From: Eledone cirrhosa
Taxonomy: Eukaryota
DNA length: 64,000 nucleotides
Reading direction: 5' to 3'
NCBI GenBank assembly: GCA_964016885.1
Contig: CAXHJY010001738.1
Span: forward strand, 310,001 to 374,000
Position numbers and translations under genes: made by a program
In this document: piece after piece, positions 13,701-25,764 of the stretch
Layout of the letters: each line of letters opens with the position of its first letter
Numbering within the stretch: position 1 is the stretch's first letter
The notes under the pieces: generated by a model
What the model was told of the DNA's origin: nothing
Databases searched by the model: none
The model's input: the letters and a program-made list of their open reading frames with translations, nothing else

Positions 13701-14956
13701 CGGTGGTGCCAGGGTTTGAAGACGGTGGTGCCCGGGTTTGCGGGAGATGGTGTCAGGGTTTGCGGGAGATGGTGCCCGGGTTTGCAGACGGTGGTGTCCG
13801 GGTTTGCAGACGGTGGTGCCAGGGTTTGAAGACTGTGGTGCCCGGGTTTGCGGGAGATGGTGCCAGAGTTTGCGGGAGATGGTGCCCGGGTTTGCAGACG
13901 GTGGTGCCAGGGTTTGCAGACGGTGGTGCCAGGGTTTGAAGACGTTGGTGCCCGGGTTTGCAGACGGTGGTACCAGGGTTTGAAGACGGTGGTGCCCGGG
14001 TTTGCGGGAGATGGTGTCAGGGTTTGCGGGAGACGGTGCCCGGGTTTGCAGACGGTGGTGTCCGGGTTTGCAGACAGTGGTGCCAGGGTTTGAAGACGGT
14101 GGTGCCCGGGTTTGCGGGAGATGGTGCCAGGGTTTGCGGGAGATGGTGCCCGGGTTTGCAGACGGTGGTGTCCGGGTCTGCAGACGGTGGTGCCAGGGTT
14201 TGCGGGAGGTGGTGTCAGGGTTTGCGGGAGATGATGCCCGGGTTTGCAGACGGTGGTGCCCGGGTTTGCAGACGGTAGTGCCAGGGTTTGCGGGAGGTGG
14301 TGTCAGGGTTTGCAGACGGTGGTGCCCGTGTTTGCAGACGGTGGTGCCAGGGTTTGCGGAAGGTGGTGTCAGGGTTTGCAGACGGTGGTGCCCGGGTTTG
14401 CAGACGGTGGTGCCAGGGTTTGCGGGAGGTGGTGTCAGGGTTTGCAGACGGTGGTGCCAGGGTTTGCGGGAGGTGGTGTCCGGGTTTGCAGACGGTGGTA
14501 CCAGGGTTTGCTGACGGTGGTACCAGGGTTTGCAGACGGTGGTGCCCGGGTTTGCAGACGGTGGTACCAGGGTTTGCAGTCGGTGGTGCCAGGGTTTGCA
14601 GACGGTGGTACCAGGGTTTGCAGACGGTGGTGCCCGGGTTTGCAGACGGTGGTACCAGGGTTTGCAGACGGTGGTGTCCGGGTTTGCAGACGGTGGTGCC
14701 CGGGTTTGCAGGCGGTGGTGCCAGGGTTTGCAGACGGTGGTGCCAGGCTTTGCAGACGGTGGTGTCCGGGTTTGCAGGCGGTGGTGCCAGGGTTTGCAGA
14801 CGGTGGTGTCAGGGTTTGCAGACGGTGGTGCCAGGGTTTGCAGACGGTGGTGTCCGGGTTTGCAGACGGTGGTGTCCGGGTTTGCAGACGGTGGTGTCCG
14901 GGTTTGCAGACGGTGGTGCCCGGGTTTGCAGACGGTGGTGCCAGGGTTTGCAGACG
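2320..14956 (+). repeat. Tandem duplication of a 6,301-bp block (copy 1 ~2320-8620, copy 2 ~8621-14956)
   Basis: ORF pairs with identical translations are offset by 6301 (2940/9241, 4567/10868, 5677/11978, 6638/12939, 7701/14002). Both private indels are duplicated (-1 at 4410/10711, -12 at 4958/11259), and 287 x 22 - 13 = 6301. Confidence 0.95.
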
Positions 14957-17900
14957 ATGGTGCCAGGGTTTGAAGACGGTGGTGCCCGGGTTTGCAGACG
15001 GTGGTGCCAGGGTTTGCGGGAGGTGGTGTCAGGGTTTGCAGACGGGGGTGCCAGGGTTTCCAGACGGTGGTACCAGGGTTTGCAGACGGTGGTGCCCGGG
15101 TTTGCAGACGGTGGTGCCCGGGTTTGCAGACGGTGGTACCAGGGTTTGCAGACGGTGGTACCAGGGTTTGCAGACGGTGGTGTCCGGGTTTGCAGACGGT
15201 GGTGCCCGGGTTTGCAGACGGTGGTGCCCGGGTTTGAAGACGGTGGTACCAGGGTTTGCAGACGGTGGTACCAGGGTTTGCAGACGGTGGTGTCCGGGTT
15301 TGCAGACGGTGGTGCCCGGGTTTGCAGACGGTGGTGCCCGGGATTGCAGACGGTGGTGTCAGGGTTTGCAGACGGTGGTACCAGGGTTTGCAGACGGTGG
15401 TGTCCGGGTTTGCAGACGGTGGTGCCCGGCTTTGCAGACGGTGGTACCAGGGTTTGCAGACGGTGGTACCAGGGTTTGCAGACGGTGGTGCCCGGGTTTG
15501 CAGACGGTGGTACCAGGGTTTGCAGACGGTGGTACCAGGGTTTGCAGACGGTGGTGCCCGGGTTTGCAGACGGTGGTGTTCGGGTTTGCAGACCTTGGTG
15601 CCCGGGTTTGCAGACGGTGGTACCAGGGTTTGAAGACGGTGGTGCCAGGGTTTGCGGGAGGTGGTGCCAGTGTTTGCAGACGGTAGTGTCAGGGTTTGCA
15701 GACGGTGGTACCAGGGTTTGCAGACGGTGGTACCAGGGTTTGCAGACGGTGGTGTCAGGGTTTGCAGACGGTGGTGCCCGGGTTTGCAGACGGTGGTGTC
15801 AGGGTTTGCAGACGGTGGTGCCCGGGTTTGCAGACGGTGGTGTCCGGGTTTGCAGACGGTGGTGCCAGGGTTTGCAGACGGTGGTGTCCGGGTTTGCGGG
15901 ATGTGATGTCCGGGTTCGCAGACGGTGGTGTCCGGGTTTGCAGACGGTGGTGTCCGGGTTTGCAGACGGTGGTGCCCGGGTTTGCAGGCGGTGGTGCCAG
16001 GGTTTGCAGACGGTGGTGCCAGGCTTTGCAGACGGTGGTGTCCGGGTTTGCAGGCGGTGGTGCCAGGGTTTGCAGACGGTGGTGTCAGGGTTTGCAGACG
16101 GTGGTGCCAGGGTTTGCAGACGGTGGTGTCCGGGTTTGCAGACGGTGGTGTCCGGGTTTGCAGACGGTGGTGTCCGGGTTTGCAGACGGTGGTGCCCGGG
16201 TTTGCAGACGGTGGTGCCAGGGTTTGCAGACGGTGGTGCCAGGGTTTGAAGACGGTGGTGCCCGGGTTTGCAGACGGTGGTGTCCGGGTTTGCAGACGGT
16301 GGTGCCAGGGTTTGAAGACGGTGGTGCCCGGGTTTGCGGGAGATGGTGTCAGGGTGTGCGGGAGGTGGTGTCCGGGTTTGCGGGAGATGGTGTCAGGGTT
16401 TGCGGGAGATGGTGCCCGGGTTTGCAGACGGTGGTGTCCGGGTTTGCAGACGGTGGTGTCCGGGTTTGCAGACGGTGGTGCCAGGGTTTGCAGACGGTGG
16501 TGTCAGGGTATGCAGACGGTGGTGTCCGAGTTTGCAGACGGTGGTGCCAGGGTTTGCAGACGGTGGTGCCCGGGTTTGAGGGAGATGGTGTCAGGGTTTG
16601 CAGGAGATGGTGCCCGGGTTTGCAGACGGTGGTGCCCGGGTTTGAGGGAGATGGTGTCAGGGTTTGCAGACGGTGGTGTCCGGGTTTGCAGACGGTGGTG
16701 TCCGGGTTTGCAGACGGTGGTGCCAGGGTTTGCAGACGGTTGTGTCCGGGTTTGCAGACGGTGGTGTCCGGGTTTGCAGACGGTGGTGCCAGGGTTTGAA
16801 GACGGTGGTGCCCGGGTTTGCGGGAGATGGTGTCCGGGTTTGCAGACGGTGGTGTCCGGGTTTGCAGACGGAGGTACCAGGGTTTGCAGACGGTGGTGTC
16901 CGGGTTTGCAGACGGTGGTGCCAGGGTTTGAAGACGGTGGTGCCCGGGTTTGCGGGAGATGGTGTCAGGGTTTGCGGGAGGTGGTGTCCGGGTTTGCGGG
17001 AGATGGTGTCAGGGTTTGCGGGAGATGGTGCCCGGGTTTGTAGGCGGTGGTGTCCGGGTTTGCAGACGGTGGTGTCCGGGTTTGCAGACGGTGGTGTCCG
17101 GGTTTGCAGACGGTGGTGCCAGGGTTTGAAGACGGTGGTGTCCGGGTTTGCAGACGGTGGTGTCCGGGTTTGCAGACGGTGGTGCCAGGGTTTGAAGACG
17201 GTGGTGTCCGGGTTTGCAGACGGTGGTGTCCGGGTTTGCAGACGGTGGTGTGCGGGTTTGCAGACGGTGGTGCCCGGGTTTGCAGACGGTGGTGCCAGGG
17301 TTTGCAGACGGTGGTGCCCGGGTTTGCAGACGGTGGTGCCCGGGTTTGCAGACGGTGGTGTCCGGGTTTGCAGACGGTGGTGCCAGGGTTTGAAGACGGT
17401 GGTGCACGGGTTTGCGGGAGATGGTGTCAGGGTTTGCGTGAGGTGGTGTCCGGGTTTGCGGGAGCTGGTGTCAGGGTTTGCGGGAGATGGTGCCCGGGTT
17501 TGCAGACGGTGGTGTCCGGGTTTGCAGGCGGTGGTGTCCGGGTTTGCAGACGGTGGTGTCCGAGTTTGCAGACGGTGGTGCCAGGGTTTGAAGACGGTGG
17601 TGCCCGGGTTTGAGGGAGATGGTGTCAGGGTTTGCGGGAGATGGTGCCCGGGTTTGCAGACGGTGGTGTCCGGGTTTGCAGACGGTGGTGTCCGGGTTTG
17701 CAGACTGTGGTGCCAGGGTTTGCAGACGGTGGTGTCCGGGTTTGCAGACGGTGGTGTCCGGGTTTGCAGACGGTGGTGCCAGGGTTTGAAGACGGTGGTG
17801 CCCGGGTTTGCGGGAGATGGTGTCAGGGTTTGCGGGAGATGGTGCCCGGGTTTGCAGACGGTGGTGTCCGGGTTTGCAGACGGTGGTGCCAGGGTTTGAA

Positions 17901-20900
17901 GACTGTGGTGCCCGGGTTTGCGGGAGATGGTGCCAGAGTTTGCGGGAGATGGTGCCCGGGTTTGCAGACGGTGGTGCCAGCGTTTGCAGACGGTGGTGCC
18001 AGGGTTTGAAGACGTTGGTGCCCGGGTTTGCAGACGGTGGTACCAGGGTTTGAAGACGGTGGTGCCCGGGTTTGCGGGAGATGGTGTCAGGGTTTGCGGG
18101 AGACGGTGCCCGGGTTTGCAGACGGTGGTGTCCGGGTTTGCAGACAGTGGTGCCAGGGTTTGAAGACGGTGGTGCCCGGGTTTGCGGGAGATGGTGCCAG
18201 GGTTTGCGGGAGATGGTGCCCGGGTTTGCAGACGGTGGTGTCCGGGTTTGCAGACGGTGGTGCCAGGGTTTGAAGACGGTGTGCCCGGGTTTGCGGGAGA
18301 TGGTGCCAGGGTTTGCGGGAGATGGTGCCCGGGTTTGCAGACGGTGGTGTCCGGGTCTGCAGACGGTGGTGCCAGGGTTTGCGGGAGGTGGTGTCAGGGT
18401 TTGCGGGAGATGATGCCCGGGTTTGCAGACGGTGGTGCCCGGGTTTGCAGACGGTAGTGCCAGGGTTTGCGGGAGGTGGTGTCAGGGTTTGCAGACGGTG
18501 GTGCCCGTGTTTGCAGACGGTGGTGCCAGGGTTTGCGGAAGGTGGTGTCAGGGTTTGCAGACGGTGGTGCCCGGGTTTGCAGACGGTGGTGCCAGGGTTT
18601 GCGGGAGGTGGTGTCAGGGTTTGCAGACGGTGGTGCCAGGGTTTGCGGGAGGTGGTGTCCGGGTTTGCAGACGGTGGTACCAGGGTTTGCAGACGGTGGT
18701 ACCAGGGTTTGCAGACGGTGGTGCCCGGGTTTGCAGACGGTGGTACCAGGGTTTGCAGTCGGTGGTGCCAGGGTTTGCAGACGGTGGTACCAGGGTTTGC
18801 AGACGGTGGTGCCCGGGTTTGCAGACGGTGGTACCAGGGTTTGCAGACGGTGGTGTCCGGGTTTGCAGACGGTGGTGCCCGGGTTTGCAGACGGTGGTGC
18901 CAGGGTTTGAAGACGGTGGTGCCCGGGTTTGAGGGAGATGGTGTCAGGGTTTGCAGGAGATGGTGCCCGGGTTTGCAGACGGTGGTGTCCGGGTTTGCAG
19001 ACGGTGGTGTCCGGGTTTGCAGACGGTGGTGCCAGGGTTTGCAGACGGTGGTGTCCGGGTTTGCAGACGGTGGTGTCCGGGTTTGCAGACGGTGGTGCCA
19101 GGGTTTGCGGGAGGTGGTGTCCGGGTTTGCAGACGGTGGTGCCAGGGTTTGCGGGAGGTGGTGTCAGGGTTTGCAGACGGGGGTGCCAGGGTTTCCAGAC
19201 GGTGGTACCAGGGTTTGCAGACGGTGGTGCCCGGGTTTGCAGACGGTGGTGCCCGGGTTTGCAGACGTTGGTACCAGGGTTTGCAGACGGTGGTACCAGG
19301 GTTTGCAGACGGTGGTGTCCGGGTTTGCAGACGGTGGTGCCCGGGTTTGCAGACGGTGGTGCCCGGGTTTGAAGACGGTGGTACCAGGGTTTGCAGACGG
19401 TGGTACCAGGGTTTGCAGACGGTGGTGTCCGGGTTTGCAGACGGTGGTGCCCGGGTTTGCAGACGGTGGTGCCCGGGATTGCAGACGGTGGTGTCAGGGT
19501 TTGCAGACGGTGGTACCAGGGTTTGCAGACGGTGGTGTCCGGGTTTGCAGACGGTGGTGCCCGGCTTTGCAGACGGTGGTACCAGGGTTTGCAGACGGTG
19601 GTACCAGGGTTTGCAGACGGTGGTGCCCGGGTTTGCAGACGGTGGTACCAGGGTTTGCAGACGGTGGTGTCAGGGTTTGCAGACGGTGGTGCCCGGGTTT
19701 GCAGACGGTGGTGTTCGGGTTTGCAGACCTTGGTGCCCGGGTTTGCAGACGGTGGTACCAGGGTTTGAAGACGGTGGTGCCAGGGTTTGCGGGAGGTGGT
19801 GCCAGTGTTTGCAGACGGTAGTGTCAGGGTTTGCAGACGGTGGTACCAGGGTTTGCAGACGGTGGTACCAGGGTTTGCAGACGGTGGTGTCAGGGTTTGC
19901 AGACGGTGGTGCCCGGGTTTGCAGACGGTGGTGTCAGGGTTTGCAGACGGTGGTGCCCGGGTTTGCAGACGGTGGTGTCCGGGTTTGCAGACGGTGGTGC
20001 CAGGGTTTGCAGACGGTGGTGTCCGGGTTTGCGGGATGTGATGTCCGGGTTCGCAGACGGTGGTGTCCGGGTTTGCAGACGGTGGTGTCCGGGTTTGCAG
20101 ACGGTGGTGCCCGGGTTTGCAGGCGGTGGTGCCAGGGTTTGCAGACGGTGGTGCCAGGCTTTGCAGACGGTGGTGTCCGGGTTTGCAGGCGGTGGTGCCA
20201 GGGTTTGCAGACGGTGGTGTCAGGGTTTGCAGACGGTGGTGCCAGGGTTTGCAGACGGTGGTGTCCGGGTTTGCAGACGGTGGTGTCCGGATTTGCAGAC
20301 GGTGGTGTCCGGGTTTGCAGACGGTGGTGCCCGGGTTTGCAGACGGTGGTGCCAGGGTTTGCAGACGGTGGTGCCAGGGTTTGAAGACGGTGGTGCCCGG
20401 GTTTGCAGACGGTGGTGTCCGGGTTTGCAGACGGTGGTGCCAGGGTTTGAAGACGGTGGTGCCCGGGTTTGCGGGAGATGGTGTCAGGGTGTGCGGGAGG
20501 TGGTGTCCGGGTTTGCGGGAGATGGTGTCAGGGTTTGCGTGAGATGGTGCCCGGGTTTGCAGACGGTGGTGTCCGGGTTTGCAGACGGTGGTGTCCGGGT
20601 TTGCAGACGGTGGTGCCAGGGTTTGCAGACGGTGGTGTCAGGGTATGCAGACGGTGGTGTCCGAGTTTGCAGACGGTGGTGCCAGGGTTTGAAGACGGTG
20701 GTGCCCGGGTTTGAGGGAGATGGTGTCAGGGTTTGCAGGAGATGGTGCCCGGGTTTGCAGACGGTGGTGCCCGGGTTTGAGGGAGATGGTGTCAGGGTTT
20801 GCAGACGGTGGTGTCCGGGTTTGCAGACGGTGGTGTCCGGGTTTGCAGACGGTGGTGCCAGGGTTTGCAGACGGTTGTGTCCGGGTTTGCAGACGGTGGT

Positions 20901-20969
20901 GTCCGGGTTTGCAGACGGTGGTGCCAGGGTTTGAAGACGGTGGTGCCCGGGTTTGCGGGAGATGGTGTC
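12790..20969 (+). repeat. Imperfect tandem duplication of a ~4.1-kb block (copy 1 ~12790-16835, copy 2 ~16836-20969)
   Basis: Offsets are 4070 (12939/17009, 12977/17047), 4179 (14244/18423) and 4135 (15256/19391, 15925/20060, 16334/20469). The changes are whole monomers plus a -1 indel at ~18281. Confidence 0.9.
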
Positions 20970-23900
20970 AGAGTTTGCGGGAGATGGTGCCCGGGTTTGC
21001 AGACGGTGGTGTCCGGGTTTGCAGACGGTGGTGCCAGGGTTTGCAGACGGTGGTGTCCGGGTTTGCAGACGGTGGTGTCAGGGTTTGCAGACGGTGGTGC
21101 CAGGGTTTGCAGACGGTGGTACCAGGGTTTGCAGACGGTGGTGTCATGGTTTGCAGACGGTGGTGCCCGGGTTTGCAGACGGTGGTGTTCGGGTTTGCAG
21201 ACGGTGGTGCCCGGGTTTGCAGACGGTGGTACCAGGGTTTGCAGACGGTGGTGCCCGGGTTTGCAGACGGTGGTACCAGGGTTTGCAGACGGTGGTGTCC
21301 GGGTTTGCAGACGGTGGTGCCAGGGTTTGCGGGAGGTGGTATCAGGGTTTGCAGACGGTGGTGCCAGGGTTTGCAGACGGTGGTGTCCGGGTTTGCAGAC
21401 GGTGGTGCCAGGGTTTGCGGGAGGTGGTGTCAGGGTTTGCAGACGGTGGTGCCAGGGTTTGCGGGAGGTGGTGTCCGGGTTTGCAGACGGTGGTGCCAGG
21501 GTTTGCAGACGGTGGTGTCCGGGTTTGCAGACGGTGGTGCCAGGGTTTGCGGGAGGTGGTATCAGGGTTTGCAGACGGTGGTGCCAGGGTTTGCGGGAGG
21601 TGGTGTCAGGGTTTGCAGACGGTGGTGCCAGGGTTTGCAGACGGTGGTACCAGGGTTTGCAGACGGTGGTGCCCGGGTTTGCAGACGGTGGTGCCAGGGT
21701 TTGCAGACGGTGGTGTCCGGGTTTGCAGACGGTGGTGCCAGGGTTTGCGGGAGGTGGTGTCAGGGTTTGCAGACGGTGGTGCCAGGGTTTGCGGGAGGTG
21801 GTGTCCGGGTTTGCAGACGTTGGTGCCAGGGTTTGCAGACGGTGGTGCCCGGGTTTGCAGACGGTGGTGCCAGGGTTTGCGGGAGGTGGTGTCCGGGTTT
21901 GCAGACGGTGGTGCCAGGGTTTGCGGGAGGTGGTGTCCGGGTTTGCAGACGGTGGTGCCAGGGTTTGCGGGAGGTGGTGTCCGGGTTTGCAGACGGTGGT
22001 GCCAGGGTTTGCGGGAGGTGGTGTCAGGGTTTGCAGACGGGGGTGCCAGGGTTTCCAGACGGTGGTACCAGGGTTTGCAGACGGTGGTGCCCGGGTTTGC
22101 AGACGGTGGTGCCCGGGTTTGCAGACGGTGGTACCAGGGTCTGCAGACGGTGGTACCAGGGTTTGCAGACGGTGGTGTCCGGGTTTGCAGACGGTGGTGC
22201 CCGGGTTTGCAGACGGTGGTGCCCGGGTTTGAAGACGGTGGTACCAGGGTTTGCAGACGGTGGTACCAGGGTTTGCAGACGGTGGTGTCCGGGTTTGCAG
22301 ACGGTGGTGCCCGGGTTTGCAGACGGTGGTGCCCGGGATTGCAGACGGTGGTGTCAGGGTTTGCAGACGGTGGTACCAGGGTTTGCAGACGGTGGTGTCC
22401 GGGTTTGCAGAGGTGGTGCCCGGGTTTGCAGTCGGTGGTACCAGGGTTTGCAGACGGTGGTACCAGGGTTTGCAGACGGTGGTGCCCGGGTTTGCAGACG
22501 GTGGTACCAGGGTTTGCAGACGGTGGTGTCAGGGTTTGCAGACGGTGGTGCCCGGGTTTGCAGACGGTGGTGTTCGGGTTTGCAGACGGTGGTGCCCGGG
22601 TTTGCAGACGGTGGTACCAGGGTTTGAAGACGGTGGTGCCAGGGTTTGCGGGAGGTGGTGCCAGTGTTTGCAGACGGTGGTGTCAGGGTTTGCAGACGGT
22701 GGTACCAGGGTTTGCAGACGGTGGTACCAGGGTTTGCAGACGGTGGTGTCAGGGTTTGCAGACGGTGGTGCCCGGGTTTGCAGACGGTGGTGTCAGGGTT
22801 TGCAGACGGTGGTGCCCGGGTTTGCAGACGGTGGTGTCCGGGTTTGCAGACGGTGGTGCCAGGGTTTGCAGACGGTGGTGTCCGGGTTTGCGGGATGTGA
22901 TGTCCGGGTTCGCAGACGGTGGTGTCCGGGTTTGCAGACGGTGGTGTCCGGGTTTGCAGACGGTGGTGCCCGGGTTTGCAGGCGGTGGTGCCAGGGTTTG
23001 CAGACGGTGGTGCCAGGCTTTGCAGACGGTGGTGTCCGGGTTTGCAGGCGGTGGTGCCAGGGTTTGCAGACGGTGGTGTCAGGGTTTGCAGACGGTGGTG
23101 CCAGGGTTTGCAGACGGTGGTGTCCGGGTTTGCAGACGGTGGTGTCCGGGTTTGCAGACGGTGGTGTCCGGGTTTGCAGACGGTGGTGCCCGGGTTTGCA
23201 GACGGTGGTGCCAGGGTTTGCAGACGATGGTGCCAGGGTTTGAAGACGGTGGTGCCCGGGTTTGCAGACGGTGGTGTCCGGGTTTGCAGACGGTGGTGCC
23301 AGGGTTTGAAGACGGTGGTGCCCGGGTTTGAGGGAGATGGTGTCAGAGTTTGCGGGAGATGGTGCCCGGGTTTGCAGACGGTGGTGTCCGGGTTTGCAGA
23401 CGGTGGTGCCAGGGTTTGCAGACGGTGGTGTCCGGGTTTGCAGACGGTGGTGTCAGGGTTTGCAGACGGTGGTGCCAGGGTTTGCAGACGGTGGTACCAG
23501 GGTTTGCAGACGGTGGTGTCATGGTTTGCAGACGGTGGTGCCCGGGTTTGCAGACGGTGGTGTTCGGGTTTGCAGACGGTGGTGCCCGGGTTTGCAGACG
23601 GTGGTACCAGGGTTTGCAGACGGTGGTGCCCGGGTTTGCAGACGGTGGTACCAGGGTTTGCAGACGGTGGTGTCCGGGTTTGCAGACGGTGGTGCCAGGG
23701 TTTGCGGGAGGTGGTATCAGGGTTTGCAGACGGTGGTGCCAGGGTTTGCAGACGGTGGTGTCCGGGTTTGCAGACGGTGGTGCCAGGGTTTGCGGGAGGT
23801 GGTGTCAGGGTTTGCAGACGGTGGTGCCAGGGTTTGCGGGAGGTGGTGTCCGGGTTTGCAGACGGTGGTGCCAGGGTTTGCAGACGGTGGTGTCCGGGTT

Positions 23901-25721
23901 TGCAGACGGTGGTGCCAGGGTTTGCGGGAGGTGGTATCAGGGTTTGCAGACGGTGGTGCCAGGGTTTGCGGGAGGTGGTGTCAGGGTTTGCAGACGGTGG
24001 TGCCAGGGTTTGCAGACGGTGGTACCAGGGTTTGCAGACGGTGGTGCCCGGGTTTGCAGACGGTGGTGCCAGGGTTTGCAGACGGTGGTGTCCGGGTTTG
24101 CAGACGGTGGTGCCAGGGTTTGCGGGAGGTGGTGTCAGGGTTTGCAGACGGTGGTGCCAGGGTTTGCGGGAGGTGGTGTCCGGGTTTGCAGACGTTGGTG
24201 CCAGGGTTTGCAGACGGTGGTGCCCGGGTTTGCAGACGGTGGTGCCAGGGTTTGCGGGAGGTGGTGTCCGGGTTTGCAGACGGTGGTGCCAGGGTTTGCG
24301 GGAGGTGGTGTCCGGGTTTGCAGACGGTGGTGCCAGGGTTTGCGGGAGGTGGTGTCCGGGTTTGCAGACGGTGGTGCCAGGGTTTGCGGGAGGTGGTGTC
24401 AGGGTTTGCAGACGGGGGTGCCAGGGTTTCCAGACGGTGGTACCAGGGTTTGCAGACGGTGGTGCCCGGGTTTGCAGACGGTGGTGCCCGGGTTTGCAGA
24501 CGGTGGTACCAGGGTCTGCAGACGGTGGTACCAGGGTTTGCAGACGGTGGTGTCCGGGTTTGCAGACGGTGGTGCCCGGGTTTGCAGACGGTGGTGCCCG
24601 GGTTTGAAGACGGTGGTACCAGGGTTTGCAGACGGTGGTACCAGGGTTTGCAGACGGTGGTGTCCGGGTTTGCAGACGGTGGTGCCCGGGTTTGCAGACG
24701 GTGGTGCCCGGGATTGCAGACGGTGGTGTCAGGGTTTGCAGACGGTGGTACCAGGGTTTGCAGACGGTGGTGTCCGGGTTTGCAGAGGTGGTGCCCGGGT
24801 TTGCAGTCGGTGGTACCAGGGTTTGCAGACGGTGGTACCAGGGTTTGCAGACGGTGGTGCCCGGGTTTGCAGACGGTGGTACCAGGGTTTGCAGACGGTG
24901 GTGTCAGGGTTTGCAGACGGTGGTGCCCGGGTTTGCAGACGGTGGTGTTCGGGTTTGCAGACGGTGGTGCCCGGGTTTGCAGACGGTGGTACCAGGGTTT
25001 GAAGACGGTGGTGCCAGGGTTTGCGGGAGGTGGTGCCAGTGTTTGCAGACGGTGGTGTCAGGGTTTGCAGACGGTGGTACCAGGGTTTGCAGACGGTGGT
25101 ACCAGGGTTTGCAGACGGTGGTGTCAGGGTTTGCAGACGGTGGTGCCCGGGTTTGCAGACGGTGGTGTCAGGGTTTGCAGACGGTGGTGCCCGGGTTTGC
25201 AGACGGTGGTGTCCGGGTTTGCAGACGGTGGTGCCAGGGTTTGCAGACGGTGGTGTCCGGGTTTGCGGGATGTGATGTCCGGTTTCGCAGACGGTGGTGT
25301 CCGGGTTTGCAGACGGTGGTGTCCGGGTTTGCAGACGGTGGTGCCCGGGTTTGCAGGCGGTGGTGCCAGGGTTTGCAGACGGTGGTGCCAGGCTTTGCAG
25401 ACGGTGGTGTCCGGGTTTGCAGGCGGTGGTGCCAGGGTTTGCAGACGGTGGTGTCAGGGTTTGCAGACGGTGGTGCCAGGGTTTGCAGACGGTGGTGTCC
25501 GGGTTTGCAGACGGTGGTGTCCGGGTTTGCAGACGGTGGTGTCCGGGTTTGCAGACGGTGGTGCCCGGGTTTGCAGACGGTGGTGCCAGGGTTTGCAGAC
25601 GATGGTGCCAGGGTTTGAAGACGGTGGTGCCCGGGTTTGCAGACGGTGGTGTCCGGGTTTGCAGACGGTGGTGCCAGGGTTTGAAGACGGTGGTGCCCGG
25701 GTTTGAGGGAGATGGTGTCAG
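20958..25721 (+). repeat. Tandem duplication of a 2,375-bp block (108 monomers - 1 bp)
   Basis: ORF pairs 20953/23328, 22251/24626, 22646/25021. Shared markers GTCAGAGTTT (20967/23342), GTCATGG and the -1 unit GCAGAGGTGG (~22410/24785). One substitution seen: GGGTTCGC at ~22906 vs GGTTTCGC at ~25281. Confidence 0.93.
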
Positions 25722-25764
25722 GGTTTGCAGGTGATGGTGCCCGGGTTTGCAGACGGTGGTGTCC

